The notes beneath the pieces are model-generated. The model saw only the letters and a program-made list of their open reading frames with translations, was not told the DNA's origin and made no database searches. The translations under genes were made by a program, and so were the position numbers. From Lophium mytilinum (Eukaryota), in the NCBI GenBank assembly GCA_010093605.1, contig MU004187.1:2098882-2162881 (forward strand): DNA of 64,000 bases. The letters are read 5' to 3'. Positions 48,223 to 60,778 of this stretch are shown in pieces (positions within the stretch are counted from its first letter, which is position 1; every line of letters starts with the position of its first letter).

Positions 48223-50051
48223 ATGAGCAACGTCGATACTGCCACGCAGAGCGAGACTCTGACCATGAACGACCTCAAGCGCAAGCGCAGTCCGTCCCAC
48301 GACCAGCTGCATCCGCCGCTGCACAAAGCGGCCAAGACCCACAACCACCTCCAGATCAACTACCTGGCCCGCCACTGCAACGACGACCTGCCGCTGATTA
48401 CCAACGACGACACGCTTCCCAACATTCTCACGCTCTTGAACGACTACCAGGGCGTCCTCGACCGCCATGAGTCCATGGCATGCAACCTCGGTGCCCGTCC
48501 ACTCGGCCCAATTCTGATCAAGCGCTTTGAGAGGCTGTTCGACGGGCCACCACGGGTCCTGAAGTCGCATGGGAAGGATGGGACGACAGTGTCATGGCTT
48601 GACGTCGTCGAATTCGCGCGGAACAAGCCTGAGCAATTCCAACTGGGCCAGATGAGCGAGGGCATTCGCGTCTGCCAGTTCTACACGAAGCAATGTCGCG
48701 TGCAAATCTCCGAGGAGGACTTTGTCTTGATATCGTCAGGAATCCCACAGAAGATGATCCCGCCACAGCCCATCACCGAAGACGAAGAGAAGGAATTAGG
48801 AACGTTGGAGATACTGGAGAAAAACTTGGCGCAGATATGTCAATTGGCGGATCAAGGTACGGAAAGCCTATATCCTCCCTATGTAGTTGCTAACTATGTT
48901 CAGTCGCTGCGCGAACAAGACAGCTCAACCACCGCCTCAAAGGCCGCAAGCAAGCAATTCTAGACCGAAGAGCAACTGCCAGTCCTGCGCCCCCCATCCG
49001 TGCCACAAGCCCCTCTAACGTCGCCCTAATGAACGGCGCAGCCCAGGCCGCCAGCTCCACCCTTGCCAGTCTCCTCTCGCAACCCTCCCAAGGCTTTGTC
49101 GCCGTAAATGCTCGCCCACCAGCCGACCAAAACGGCCCCAACGCCGAATCCTCCCGCAGCGGCGCCTCCACTACCACCCGCCAGGACCTCCTCAACAAGT
49201 TCTTCACCCTCAGCGACCGCCGGCCCTCTCAACCCTCAAACGGTGAAGCCCGCCGCACATCCTCGGGCCCGCAACCCTCCTCCCACCCCGCAACCCCTGG
49301 CCAATCAACAAAAACCACAGTCAAATCCAGCAGCTCGCAGCCCCCCTCCGTAACCCCCTCAACCATCCCACCAACCACCCAAATGACGGACGCCGAAATC
49401 GCCCAACTCCTCCTGCAAAACAACTCCCCCGTCCCCATCCCCGGCACCCCCGCCTCCCTGCTCCCTGCGCCCACCCCGCGCGGCGCCCCACCCACGGAAA
49501 AGGACGACGGCGGGCCCTTCAAAGCCGAGATGGTGCACCGCATGGAAACCCTCGCCAAAGGCGAACGCATCCTACCCCCCTGCGACCGCTGCCGGCGCCT
49601 GCACATGGACTGCCTCAAGAACCTTACGGCGTGCATGGGCTGCACGAAGAAGCACGCAAAGTGCAGCTGGAAGGAGGTCCGCGAGGGCGAGCTGCGCGGT
49701 ATGGGCCTCGGGCTGGCGGGGCTGAGCGTGGGATCCGGGTCTGGCGTCGGCGGCTTAAGCGGTGGGGTGGCGAGCGAAGACGAGGGGTTCGAGGCTGCGA
49801 GTACCGGGAGCCCGCCGCGCGAGCAGCGCTACTCGGGGAGTCCTGGGAGGCTGTTGGGCAGCGATGAGGAGGAGCGGGAGGGGCGGAGAGTGCGGGAGCA
49901 GTTGCAGGAGGCGGCGAAGGCGAGCATGGCGCAGGCGAAGCTGGATCAGCAGCGCAGTTTGCAGATTGAGCGGGAGCGCGAACTGGAACGCGAGCGGGAG
50001 AGCGGAGGTCGTGAACGCGAGGGGGTGGGATATCAGGCGATGGTCGCTTGA
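48223..50051 (+). CDS. Zn(II)2Cys6-cluster-containing protein, 2 exons
   Basis: CDRCRRLHMDCLKNLTACMGCTKKHAKC (Cx2Cx6Cx6Cx2Cx6C) at 49581-49664; ordered N-terminal region HESMACNLGARPLGPILIKRFERLFDGPP; intron at about 48857-48903. Confidence 0.85.
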
Positions 50052-50868
50052 TGAAATCTTTCTCGTCGGTGGGTGTTCGGTTACGTGTGTGGGTGATCAT
50101 GTCTGGAGCGGTGCTTTTTGTTGCGGTTCTTTCCTGCGAGATATCCTGCCGACAGCTAGCTAGGCGTAGCGAGTTCGTGTGTTGCCGCTTTTGGGCTTTT
50201 TTCTTCTTGATACCTACCTATTCATCTTCTTGTTCATCACTTTTCTTCGCGCAAGCTTCTCGGGCTCCTGACGGTCGGGTCGCCTAGGTACTTACATACA
50301 TAGATGTTTATACCCACTCGCTTGCTGATAGAATCCCCATACACTCGATTACCACTGCTTGAGGCACCTCACAGAATTTTCAGCATTCTGAATACGGCAT
50401 TTTGAACCACTAGTAAACTCACGAGGCCCCTCTAGATAGTGGCAACATGTTGTACACAGATTGAGAGTGTGATGGAAGGAGAGTTGAAGTTATATACTCG
50501 CAGCCCTCTACAAAGCCCGCCCATGCCTCCCGCAACGCAATAAACAGCCCCCCTCCCCAGCCGCACCCAGCATTCCCAAACCAAACCCAACATCTCCCTC
50601 ACCCCATCCATCCCGCCGCTCTGCGCAGGGGGGCGCGTTCCGCAACTCCGAAAAAATGATACCATGGTGCTGAAAAAGGGGGGGGGCATGTAGTCTTCGG
50701 TGTCTGAAACGCATCAATCGCCTGCAAATGCTTCAAATTCAATACCAAGAAAACCGAAAAGAAAGGGAGAAAAGAACATTGCGGAGTCTGCTGCTGGACG
50801 CTGACGGGCATAACCGGACCCGATTCCAAGCAGTTCATCGTGGATGTTCCCGAAGCGACAAGGAGCCG

Positions 50869-53016
50869 TTACCGCCCGTACCCGTTTGAGCTTGATGGGG
50901 AAGGTTTCCAACTGCGCGGGTTCGTTAGTCAGGTTTGACAATCGTGGGGAAATGGGAAAATTGGGGGATATTCTTACATTCGCACTTTCTTGTCATCGCC
51001 CGCAGATGCAAACACCCTCGGGTCTGTAGGATGCCACGCGACCGCGTTCACGCATCCACCAGGGTGCGCGTCCAGTTTCTCGACGAGATGGCCGTTCGTT
51101 CGCCAAATGTAGACTCGAGAATCTATCTTCAGTTAGCACCTCTCAAAAATCAATAGCGGTGTGTGATCGATGCCATACCTTCACTCCCCGAGACGACGAA
51201 ATTCTCATTCGCGCCCCCAAACGAGCTCCGGATGATATAGATCGTCTGCGTCTGCCCCGTGAACGTCTGCCTCACGTCGCCGGTGTCGATGTCCATGAGG
51301 CGGATCTTGTTGTCGTTCATGCTGATGAGCATGTGGCGGGAGTCCTGGCTGATGTTCACCGAGGTCAGTTTGACGTCGTCGAGAGCCCATTCGCACAGTT
51401 TCTCGCGGGTGACGAAGTCATATACCAGGATGCGGTGCTCAAGGAGAACCACGAGACGCTGTCCGTCGGGGGACACCGCGAGATCGTGCACGCGGAGGCT
51501 GCCTTCGGTCCATTCGAAGAGCTTCTCGCCTTGCACGTTCCAGAGGCAGAGCCCGTGAGCCGTGTCTTGGGAGCCGACTACGAAGGATTCGCCGTTGGGA
51601 GCCCATGCTGCGGACGTGACCGGATATGAGAATTCGGTGATGGTGGTGAGTAACCTGCCGTTCTATTCATTTATTAGCAATACCCTGCGGCAATACTGGC
51701 GTTAAATTACACACCTTAGTATCCCATATTCGCGCAGTGTTATCCTGAGCTTGTGCGCACGTGATGAGCTTAGTGTCGTCCGGACTCCAGGCAACGTAGC
51801 ATACACCGCTCTCGTGAGCGGTCAGCCTGTGAAGAACTTTGTATGTTGTTGTTTCATAGATAATGACAGTAGCATCTTTACTTGTCGTGGCTAATTTCGT
51901 CCCGTCATGAGAGAACCGTAAGAACCACACCTCGTCGGTATGATGCCGCAGTTCTAAGACAGTCTTCAAGGGGAGATCATCGCGCTCACAAGTATGGTCA
52001 ACATACAACGAAGGAGGAGTCGCGGTATTGTGGTAAAGACAATCCGATATCCAGCTGGTTTTTAGTTGATCTAGAAGGATTGCTAGTCGATGTTCGGGTA
52101 TCATTACGCTGGGTGATATTGACTCTGTGAACTGTCAGCAAGAGAATTGACGTGGTTTAGGATCTATATCGTACTTGAAAGCTCTGAGAGAAGTACTGAT
52201 CTTGATTCTCCTCCTGCACCATCCCATTGCGCTTGATATTTGAGGTCATCGGCAGACTGGCACATCATGAGACTACTCGTGTTAGTACAGTTCACTGTTT
52301 CGCAGAAATTGATAGTTTTACCTTGAAAGGGCGTGGAGCCGCCCCTCGTCTTGATGCAGAGGTGTTAATTCCTGCCTCAAAACCATCAGAGCACTTCCTA
52401 GATCTCGCGTTTCGAGAAGTTCCAGATATTTCTGCTGCCTCATCCAGAACTTCATCTCATTCTCATTCGCGCCCTCCGCAAGCGTCAACCCACCGGTTTG
52501 CCGTGATGGTGACCACGAAGAATCCCGGGGCGCCTTTCCGTGTGATTTGCCGCCAAAAGTCGCCCCTCCACCTGCACCACGCAACCCCACACCGCCCCCG
52601 CTGTCGTAAGAGTGGGTGCCAAATAATAACGCCTCCGCTTCAGCCCAATCGCCTTGTAGAACTGCACTCCGAAATGCGGCAACGGTCGGTCCCTCAACCT
52701 CGAAACCACTCTCCTGGCTCAACGCACCGGCGGCACCATGATATCCCAAGTCCGTCAAACTCTGTATCAGTATCCGCGTGAGCTCCCCTCGATCATGGCC
52801 GTAGAACGACGGGGCTAATTGCGACGGCCGGCCGTTTGACACCGCGTTTCCATTGGTATACGACGCTGCCGAGCCGTTGCTCTCGGACTTGATGTGGGGG
52901 TTTCCGTTCGCAATCTTGCCCAGACTCACCCGCGAACCAGGCGAGCGAGTCGAGCCGTTGGAGTAGGTCTGTGAAGGGGACTGGGACGGTTTTGTCGTTT
53001 CGGAATCAAGGCGCAT
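50869..53016 (-). CDS. GID7: LisH-CTLH-WD40 protein, GID7/WDR26-like subunit of the GID/CTLH E3 ligase (first in-frame ATG given)
   Basis: LisH ELTRILIQSLTDLGY..LSQESG; CTLH FRSAVLQGDW, QQKYLELLE; MIPEHRLAILL; WD repeats HTDEVWFLRFSHDG, IIRSSFGGANENFVVSGSED, VNAVAWHP; last exon IWKPSPSSSNGYGR*. Confidence 0.88.
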
Positions 53017-54377
53017 TGTCCCGTCAGCTCGGCGCCTACGCTTCGACTCGTGATTTGAGGGCCTGCCTCTGTTTGCAGTCCCGTCGGCACTGTCCGAGTT
53101 CTCTGAGCTGCTGGAAAGACTACGCCGGCGCTTGGGAGCTGGTGTAGGTATTGCCGGGGTTGTACGGTGGGTGCCTGGAACGCCGGAGGCACTGGGTATA
53201 GATGTATTATGTTGGAGGGCTGGTTGGGCAGAGATTCGATGGGAAGTAGAAGTTCGGGAGGTCGAAATGGATGGGTGGTCGGAAGTGAATGGGGTAGGAA
53301 GGTTCGGGGGAGTTTCGTCGGCCAGGACGAAGTGCTGAAGAGGGTCTTCCGCGAAACTGCGGACGTGGGTGCTAGTCAACGGGGTACCGCGCTGGCAACC
53401 TTGGGTCAGAGCAGCCGCATTCGTAGGTCCTGGAGCACGGTGTAGCTGGACGTGAGGGTCCCGGCGGTTCAGGTGGGCCTTCGGAGGTATGTTCGGCCTG
53501 CGGTGAGCTCTCGGGCGGTTGGAGGGTCTGGACTGATGGATGAGAGCACTTGGACAGCCCGCGGGTGGCGGAGAGAAGTGGCAAGGCAAGATGCTGGTGG
53601 CTCGATAGCAGGTCGCAAACTCCAGGCTTAGGGGACTCCAAGACTACGTGCTCGGGAATCTGGGGCTGTGGCGGGGAGGATGGCAGGTTGGCTTGACGTT
53701 GAGCTCGCGGTAATGTTGTAGTACGCCGATGCCCGTGGGCCTCTAGACGCTTCCGGCAAGGGCAATAAACCAGCTTTGAGCCCGGGGACAACGCACGAGA
53801 AAGGCCGACGAAGCAGACACGAGGCAGCGCAGTGAAAGGCAGGCGGAGCACGCAGGAGAAGAACAGTGCACTCGTTCGGGTGTCCAGCGCTGCAGTTCAC
53901 GTGTAGAAGTATGCTCCCTACCTACGGGACGGCGGGCATGATGGCTGCATCATGGGCTAGCGGGGGGCTGTCCGATAAGAAACAACCGCCTTCACGCACC
54001 TGACATGCATCCAACAAGACGGCAGCGTGCGCAGTAGTCAGTAGTCGCTCAGCACGCTGGCGTCAGTCTCAGTCATACAGCGCCGCGTCGTGGTGAGGTG
54101 CGTGCAAACGTGAAGCTGACGAAGTACCCTGTCTCACCCGCTCCCCAGCTCTGGCTCGAGGGATCCATGGACAAGATGCCTGCAGCAACTGCAAGCACGC
54201 ATGATGCCATCGGCACATCATCCCTAGCTTTGTTGGCTGTTGAGAGACCCTAGTAGACCAGAAACAGGGCCCGCAGTGCTTTAGTGGGATCAACTCTTCA
54301 TGTTGATTATACATCTATTACTACTATATATGTACAACAAATGCTGCCCCCCCCCGCACTCTTTGTCTCATACGCGT

Positions 54378-56242
54378 CTACATCAACCTCATTGTCGAGT
54401 TGCTAGACTCGGTGTGCTCTTTGAACCAGTTCAGTAGCTGGAACATGCTCGCCTTTGGTGTTCTTGTCAGGTCTGTGTAGTTCACATATTGCAGCCCAAA
54501 ACGGACACTAGTGCCGGATCCCCATTCAAAGTTGTCGACTGCTCGAGTTAGCTGCACCGCTATTGAATGTGAGCTGCGAATGGTGGGAACTCACAGATTG
54601 CCCAAGCCCACGCGCCCGTCACATTAACTTTGTCGTACACAATAGATGCGAGGATGTTATCTAGATAATTCTGGTAATAGTCAGCACGGCGAAGATCCCA
54701 CAGTATCTGGTTCAGATTCGTGAGCTGAGACTCAAATGGCTCCGCGAAGCCAAACTCCGTGATCACGATGTCAGGAATCGTCGGGAACAGCTCCGTCGTG
54801 AGATACTTCAAGAACCTGCGGATGCCGGTAGGCGTGTCATAGAGCCAGGACAATGCAGCATCTGCTGCCGGTCCAATAGGGAAGCCGTCGGGATCCGTCG
54901 AAGCACTGCCAGCACATTCGGGGTACGCTGGGCTCGAACTGTTGGACGCGCATGCCTCAACACCGCCTTCAACCTCGAACGCGTAGAAAGAAGAATACCC
55001 ATCGATGGCATAGAAATCGCAAGATCCTTTGATCAAAGCCTTCTCCTTGGATGAAAACGTCGGTAACAAGTCTCCTAGAGTATCTTTCAGGCTCTTTGGG
55101 TAGTCGCCGTCCGTCCAAGGCCCTCCAAACCACCCTACGGCGAAGTCAAAATTCCTCTGCCTGGCTACTTCGTCGGCCTTGGACGTTGAATTGGCTTCGT
55201 AGTAGTTGCCCGAGTTCTTGAAGGTGATGCGGCCTTTTCCCTTGAATTCTTCGTGGTACCATTTCGCTACCTTTGCGTGCGCCAGAAGCGTGTAATGGCC
55301 GCACAGAAAACGCGCTTTCAACCCTCCCGTCACGCCGTTGTATGCCGGGTAGTATTTGCCGGCCGGGTAATAGCTGTACTGCCAATTACAGTATTGAGGC
55401 TCGTTTATCGTGTACCATGTATCAACGTACTTGTCGTATCGGCTGATGATGAACTTTGCGTAGTTGAAGAAGTCGTCAACGATATGCGGATTTGTCCATG
55501 CACCGTACTCGTTGAAGAGAGCTAGCGGAGTATCCCAATGGAACAGCGTCACAGCGGGGGAAATGCCGTTCTTGACTAGTTCGTCGATAACATCGTCGTA
55601 GTGATTGACGCCTGCTTCGTTCACAGGGCCTTTGCCGAAGGGGAAAATGCGTGGCCAGCTTATGCTCGGGCTAAAGCCCGTGACGCCGAAACTTTTCAAC
55701 CGGGCAAAGTCTTGTTTGTAGAGATAGTAGTGCTCGGCCACAACATCGGCAGTGGTGTTGTCGGCTACCTGGTTCGGCACACGATGAGCAAGTAGGTCCC
55801 ATATTGAAGGCCCTTTTCCTTCGTCTTTTGCAGCGCCTTCGATTTGGTATGCCGAGGATGCGATTCCCCACTTGAAGTTCTTTGGCAGCTTGACTCCGTC
55901 CAGACTTTTGTCACTTGAAGCAACCAGTGGGTGCATGACTCCAGGAGTAGGATAGACCGAAGGTTCAGGTGTCGGCGAAATAGTAGTAGTAACTGGTCCA
56001 GTAGCTACGGGTCCAACCTGATCCCAGAGAAATGCAAGCGCCTGGTCAGAGAAGTCTCGGTTGACCGAGGTAGCTGTTGGGGCTGCTGAGGCATTGTAGA
56101 CCTTGGAGCTGTATCCTGATGCTATTCCGAAATTCAAGACACCAGCATTGTTATGAGAAGCAGCTAGAGACAAGGAAGCTAAAGCCATTTGGACAGTATA
56201 GAAGAGCAAGCCATGCTGAGCGCAGAAGCCTAGGAGAGCCAT
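54378..56242 (-). CDS. Glycoside hydrolase family 1 beta-glucosidase, probably secreted; 2 exons
   Basis: [36 protein letters not shown] (acid/base), ITEFG (nucleophile); intron at about 54539-54595 gives [14 protein letters not shown]. Confidence 0.95.
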
Positions 56243-57085
56243 GCTGTGGACGGTGAAGAAGAAGAGCAAAGACTGGGAGAAAGAAGGGGAGGCTTCGGCA
56301 ATATGACTTCGGCAATATGACTTTATTCGCTGTGGATTCCAGAACGACCAAACCTTTCGATCAACTCATTTATTGTTTCTAGGGACACGCATTTGGGCAC
56401 TTTATGTAGCATGGCTAACGCGGGGAAGATGTTCCAGAACAGAGGAACAGCTGCAAGGGCAGCTCCGAGGCTAGGGCTGTGATAGGATGAGGATATTGTG
56501 CTGTGGGGGAGCATGGTCTCGGTAGGACCGCCGAGCAAACATGAGATTGGCAAGCTATGACGAGATCTGAGATTTAGTGGGGAGATATCGCGGGTGAACA
56601 GTGTCTCGAGTGCTAAATCTTGGATAAATCTACGTTCGCGGAGATGACTCGCGTGGTTCCGTGTCCGATTTGGGTAGACCGCGCCCAGAGATCAGGTATA
56701 GGTTCGAGGAGTATGTCGCCCATGCATCTTGTCGCTGACTGGCATGAACGGGTCAGGCCGCCGTCTTTCCTGCAGATCAACTGGCTTGTTTACCAGAATC
56801 GACGGACTTGTAGCCTGTATTGGTGGAGTATTTTGACATGCGTTGTTGGGATGCATCCAAGCGATTCTCGGCTTGTAGACCTCCGAAGCCACGACTCATC
56901 CAAATGCTAGAAGGGAAAGTTCACATCAGAAAGGCTGCGCGGAGAGATGGTAAAGAAGGGCTACATTCAGGGCAGTTCACTTGATGGCAACACGTGCGCG
57001 TGCTTGGGAATCTCAGTATCGTTATCTAGGTGGAGCAGATACCTACCCAGTCTGAAGTGTAATTATACGTACTTACTACGCCAAA

Positions 57086-58300
57086 TCAATGGCGGAAAGC
57101 ACCAAGCTCCCGTCTCCTGCAATCTGTTAGCCACTTTGATAACAGGTTTGCTATCCTGCCATGCTCACCACCAGGTCCTAAAGCCCACAGTACCGACATC
57201 GATCCCAAGCTCCTTGAGAGCACCAGTATCAAGATGACAGTCATATGGCCGCTTAACGCCATCCTGCTGCTCCTCGTTGGGCTTGAATGACTCCATGTTC
57301 TCGAGCGGCAGCCCTAGAATGTCCGCAAACTCCTGCACAATCTCCCATTTTGTCATCTTATCCTCAGACGAGAATTGTAGTATATTGGGGAGATCCATCT
57401 TGTCTCCTGGCTCCAGATAGAGCTTGCTAACGTCCAGGCAGACGCGGGCCACATCCTGCGTGTTTGTGGGGAAGCGCTGAGCATAGTCGTCGACTTTGAT
57501 CTTGGGATCGGTGGGGCTTAGCTCTTGCGAAGACCAAATCTGCTTCATGAGGATGTTCACGGCACTCTCTGATGGCTCGCAGGACCCGTACAGTATTGGG
57601 ACACGGAGAACCACGCTGGGAACCGTGATGCCGCCATGTGTGTCCTTTGCAGTTATCTTGTTTGTAGCTTCTAATACAGCTTTCTCGCCGTCGAGCTTCG
57701 TCTGGCCGTAGACGTTGGGAGGATCGGGCTTGGAGGTGGGCTTGTAAGGCGCCTCGCCAGGAGCCCCGGAGAAAACGTAGTCGGTGGAGATGTAGATGAG
57801 GAAGATACCGCGGGAGGAGGTCGCTGTCGCCAGGTCGCTCGAGGCCGTCACATTGAGAGCGCGGGCCGCATCAGGATCGGAGGTACAGGAGTCAGGGAAA
57901 CGATTCGCTGCGCCTGAGATAGCATAGAGTCAGCTATAGCATCTCTAGGGCCTGTTGATGGCAGAGCGTCACGTTGCGAAGGGGGAGGAGGAACGGCTCA
58001 CAGTGGACAACGACATCTGGCCTTGGAGACAGACAGGTTAGCCGGCGACCATCAGTCTCTTGGGCATCACATACTTGACTTCATCTAGAACTCTCTCGAC
58101 ATCGCCTTTGCTGAGGATGTCAAGCTTCACGATGGCGGGCGGGTTCGCTCGTGTGAGCCCCGTGCCTACAGCCTGCCAGCCATCGCGATTGAAGGCTTCG
58201 AGGACCTTGCGGCCCAGCAGGCCCGAAGCTTTGCGGCATCAGTAGAGTGACGACAGCGTGTTCGAAGGTACGTACCGCCGGTGATGAGCGCAGTCTTCAT
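57086..58300 (-). CDS. RmlD-like NAD(P)-dependent reductase (dTDP-4-dehydrorhamnose reductase / MAT2B family), multi-exon
   Basis: MKTALITG-ASGLLG Rossmann motif across an intron, AANRFPD, YISTDYVF, YGQTK (YxxxK), LRVPILYG, RPYDCHL; last exon RRELGAFRH*. Confidence 0.92.
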
Positions 58301-58780
58301 GTTGGATGTCTTTACTTCGTGTACGCCGGACCCGCGATGATTTTCATTAAGCGGCATCAACAGCGAGACTCAAACGTCATCAGAACATTGGAATGTTCGC
58401 AGCGAAAGGCTGCTCTCTTCTTCAAAGTCCCGCACAAGGCGAGAGCATCAATGAAAAGATGGGTTGAGGAGATATCTCACTCGAAGTGTGTTTCCAAAAA
58501 TTCCCTGCCGATCCGAAGACCAACAGGAGCGGTCATAGTTGTAGTTTTCAACTAGCAAAAACACGGTCTCGGACGAATCCTCACTGACACGCGTATGCCC
58601 TTGCTGCGAAGACGTTAACAGATGAAGTGGTGGTGATTATTTGGGGTTGAGGGAGAAACTTACCACTAGGATGAGGAAAGAAGAAGGACGCGGGCGAGCT
58701 GGCCTTTTATTCTGAAAATGCGCCAAGCCTTTTAGCGTCTCGGAGGCTGCCTGGCCGAAAGCTCCGGCTGGTGCCTGCAG

Positions 58781-58804
58781 CACGTGAGTCAGGGCGAGCA
58801 CGTG
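58781..58804. promoter_or_regulatory. Two CACGTG E-boxes with an overlapping TGAGTCA (AP-1/Gcn4-type) site in a divergent promoter
   Basis: cacgtgagtcagggcgagcacgtg. Confidence 0.35.
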
Positions 58805-59057
58805 CTATTCCTAGACCTCACTGCCTGCCACTCAACCATGTTTCACTCAATGAAACTCCACTCTACCAGACATGACTCTACCAAACGCCATCCAGGGAAT
58901 TGATGCACTAAAATGATATGAGCCCATCCAGGTTCCAATCCAATCTATCCCAACCGTCAAGCAAGGGAGCCCCACCACCTCCTCGGAATGTGCCTTGTAG
59001 GTCACTACAATACCTAGAGATGCACTTCGCTATCCTCTGTCTTACGTTCCGTTGACA

Positions 59058-60074
59058 ATGCTGCGCTCTCACGTATCCTGTCATGTATGCGGAATCACAG
59101 ACCACCTTTCCCAATGCGAAAACTGTAAACTCGTTTACTACTGCGGGTCATATCATCGGATGCAAGACGAGGTCGACGGCGGACACGTCCGATTATGCTT
59201 TCGGATCAAGAATGCTCAGTATCTGATCGATCTGGCAAGCGGAAAGAAAAGGCTCACTATCGGCCGGCTCAAGCTCGTCGTTCCGGCTCTCGTTGAAATC
59301 GGTAGCTTCGCAGCCGTGGAGATTGCTGTGGACCTATCTCTGGACTTTCTTCGCTCGCACTCGTCCGTTAATGAGTTCACCCGAGCTCTCCTTCCTTTCC
59401 AGTTCTTGCGATCAGGCAGAGATCAGGAGTGCTACGACTTCATCACGTGGACTCTCGACAGGGACCCCGATGTTAGGCTTGATTATAGCCGCGCGGTCGA
59501 ACACAAGGGCTCCAACGTCTTCGAGTCGATCGACATATTTGATTGGACACCCGATGAATCTTACCAGCATATCCGCCCTCCACGAATAAGCGAGTTGATA
59601 TGCGTCATCCTCATCAAAATTAAGGTTTTGCTAGACTTGGAAGCTCTACAAAACTCTCAGATAATCGCAGCCAAGGTTCCCCAAGAGCTTCTAGACTGCA
59701 TCCGTGGCTACCTTGTGAACTCGAACCTAGTCGCCAAAAACAAAGCTGTTATGGACAAAACAGATCTGGCGGGTTTGATGGAGGACACCCGATCTCAAAT
59801 AATCCACTTGCACGACCTTATTCGAGAAGAGAACTGGTACTTTTGGCCGGCTTTCTTTCATCCAGATACAGCATTAGCTGCGAAACTTGACCAAAACAAG
59901 CTTTTTGTCTGGGGTTCTCCGAACAATATGCAATGGGTCCTCCAACGCTGCTACAAATTGTGGAAAGCGACCCCTGGTGCTATCACATTAATGCATGACA
60001 TAATCATTGGTCATATTGACTTCCTGGCGAGCGCTTTTGCCTTTGAGGAGGGAGTGGAGGAGGGAGTGATGTAG
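59058..60074 (+). CDS. MYND-type zinc-finger protein
   Basis: CHVC..CENCKLVYYCGSYH..HVRLC; FLRSGRDQECYDFITW and LIKIKVLLDL segments typical of fungal MYND proteins. Confidence 0.8.
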   Translation: MLRSHVSCHVCGITDHLSQCENCKLVYYCGSYHRMQDEVDGGHVRLCFRIKNAQYLIDLASGKKRLTIGRLKLVVPALVEIGSFAAVEIAVDLSLDFLRSHSSVNEFTRALLPFQFLRSGRDQECYDFITWTLDRDPDVRLDYSRAVEHKGSNVFESIDIFDWTPDESYQHIRPPRISELICVILIKIKVLLDLEALQNSQIIAAKVPQELLDCIRGYLVNSNLVAKNKAVMDKTDLAGLMEDTRSQIIHLHDLIREENWYFWPAFFHPDTALAAKLDQNKLFVWGSPNNMQWVLQRCYKLWKATPGAITLMHDIIIGHIDFLASAFAFEEGVEEGVM

Positions 60075-60778
60075 GGAGAAGGCAATGCCAGCGATTTCGA
60101 AATTAGCCGGAGTAAAAAGGATGCAGCAGGGTGGAGGTCAAAGCATGAGGATCGGTGAAGCTTCCACGCAGACTTTGATTTGGTCCAAGGAAATTTCCAT
60201 GAATTGCGTATGCGAGGTAGAGAACCTTTTCGACAACGGATCGAGGCTACTTTGCGATGGTGCCATGCCAATCCCTATCATGCGATTCCGTCGTCCTGCT
60301 GGCGGGCGTGAATTATCCGTTCGTCATGCGCAGAGACGGCGAGATGTGGCGCATGGTTGGACCTGCCTACGTGCATGGAATAATGCAAGGTGAACTGTGG
60401 GATGAGGCGCGCACGCAAAGATTTGTAGTTCACTGATGTCGATGTACGAAAGATTGAGGGCTCTTTGAGGAGGATATTCAGATCAAAATTTCATCAGCTT
60501 CGTGTGCCTGCGGGGCGCTTTGTGGCTTCGCGATCGCTCCGGTTTGGAAGGTTATCATGCATGCGTCATGACCTACTGCATTGGTTTCTACGGATTCGGC
60601 ATGCAGCTAAGTGTGTGGCATTATCACCTCGCGTTGTCGTGCATGTCATTGATGGATATATTTACGGACTACGCGTGAGCGCTTACAAATCAGAACCAGT
60701 GCGAGATATCGTAAACTCTACCATCACTACCGTAGACTTGACTATCGATGTCCAGTCTCCCGCCTTGTTTCTTCACCA

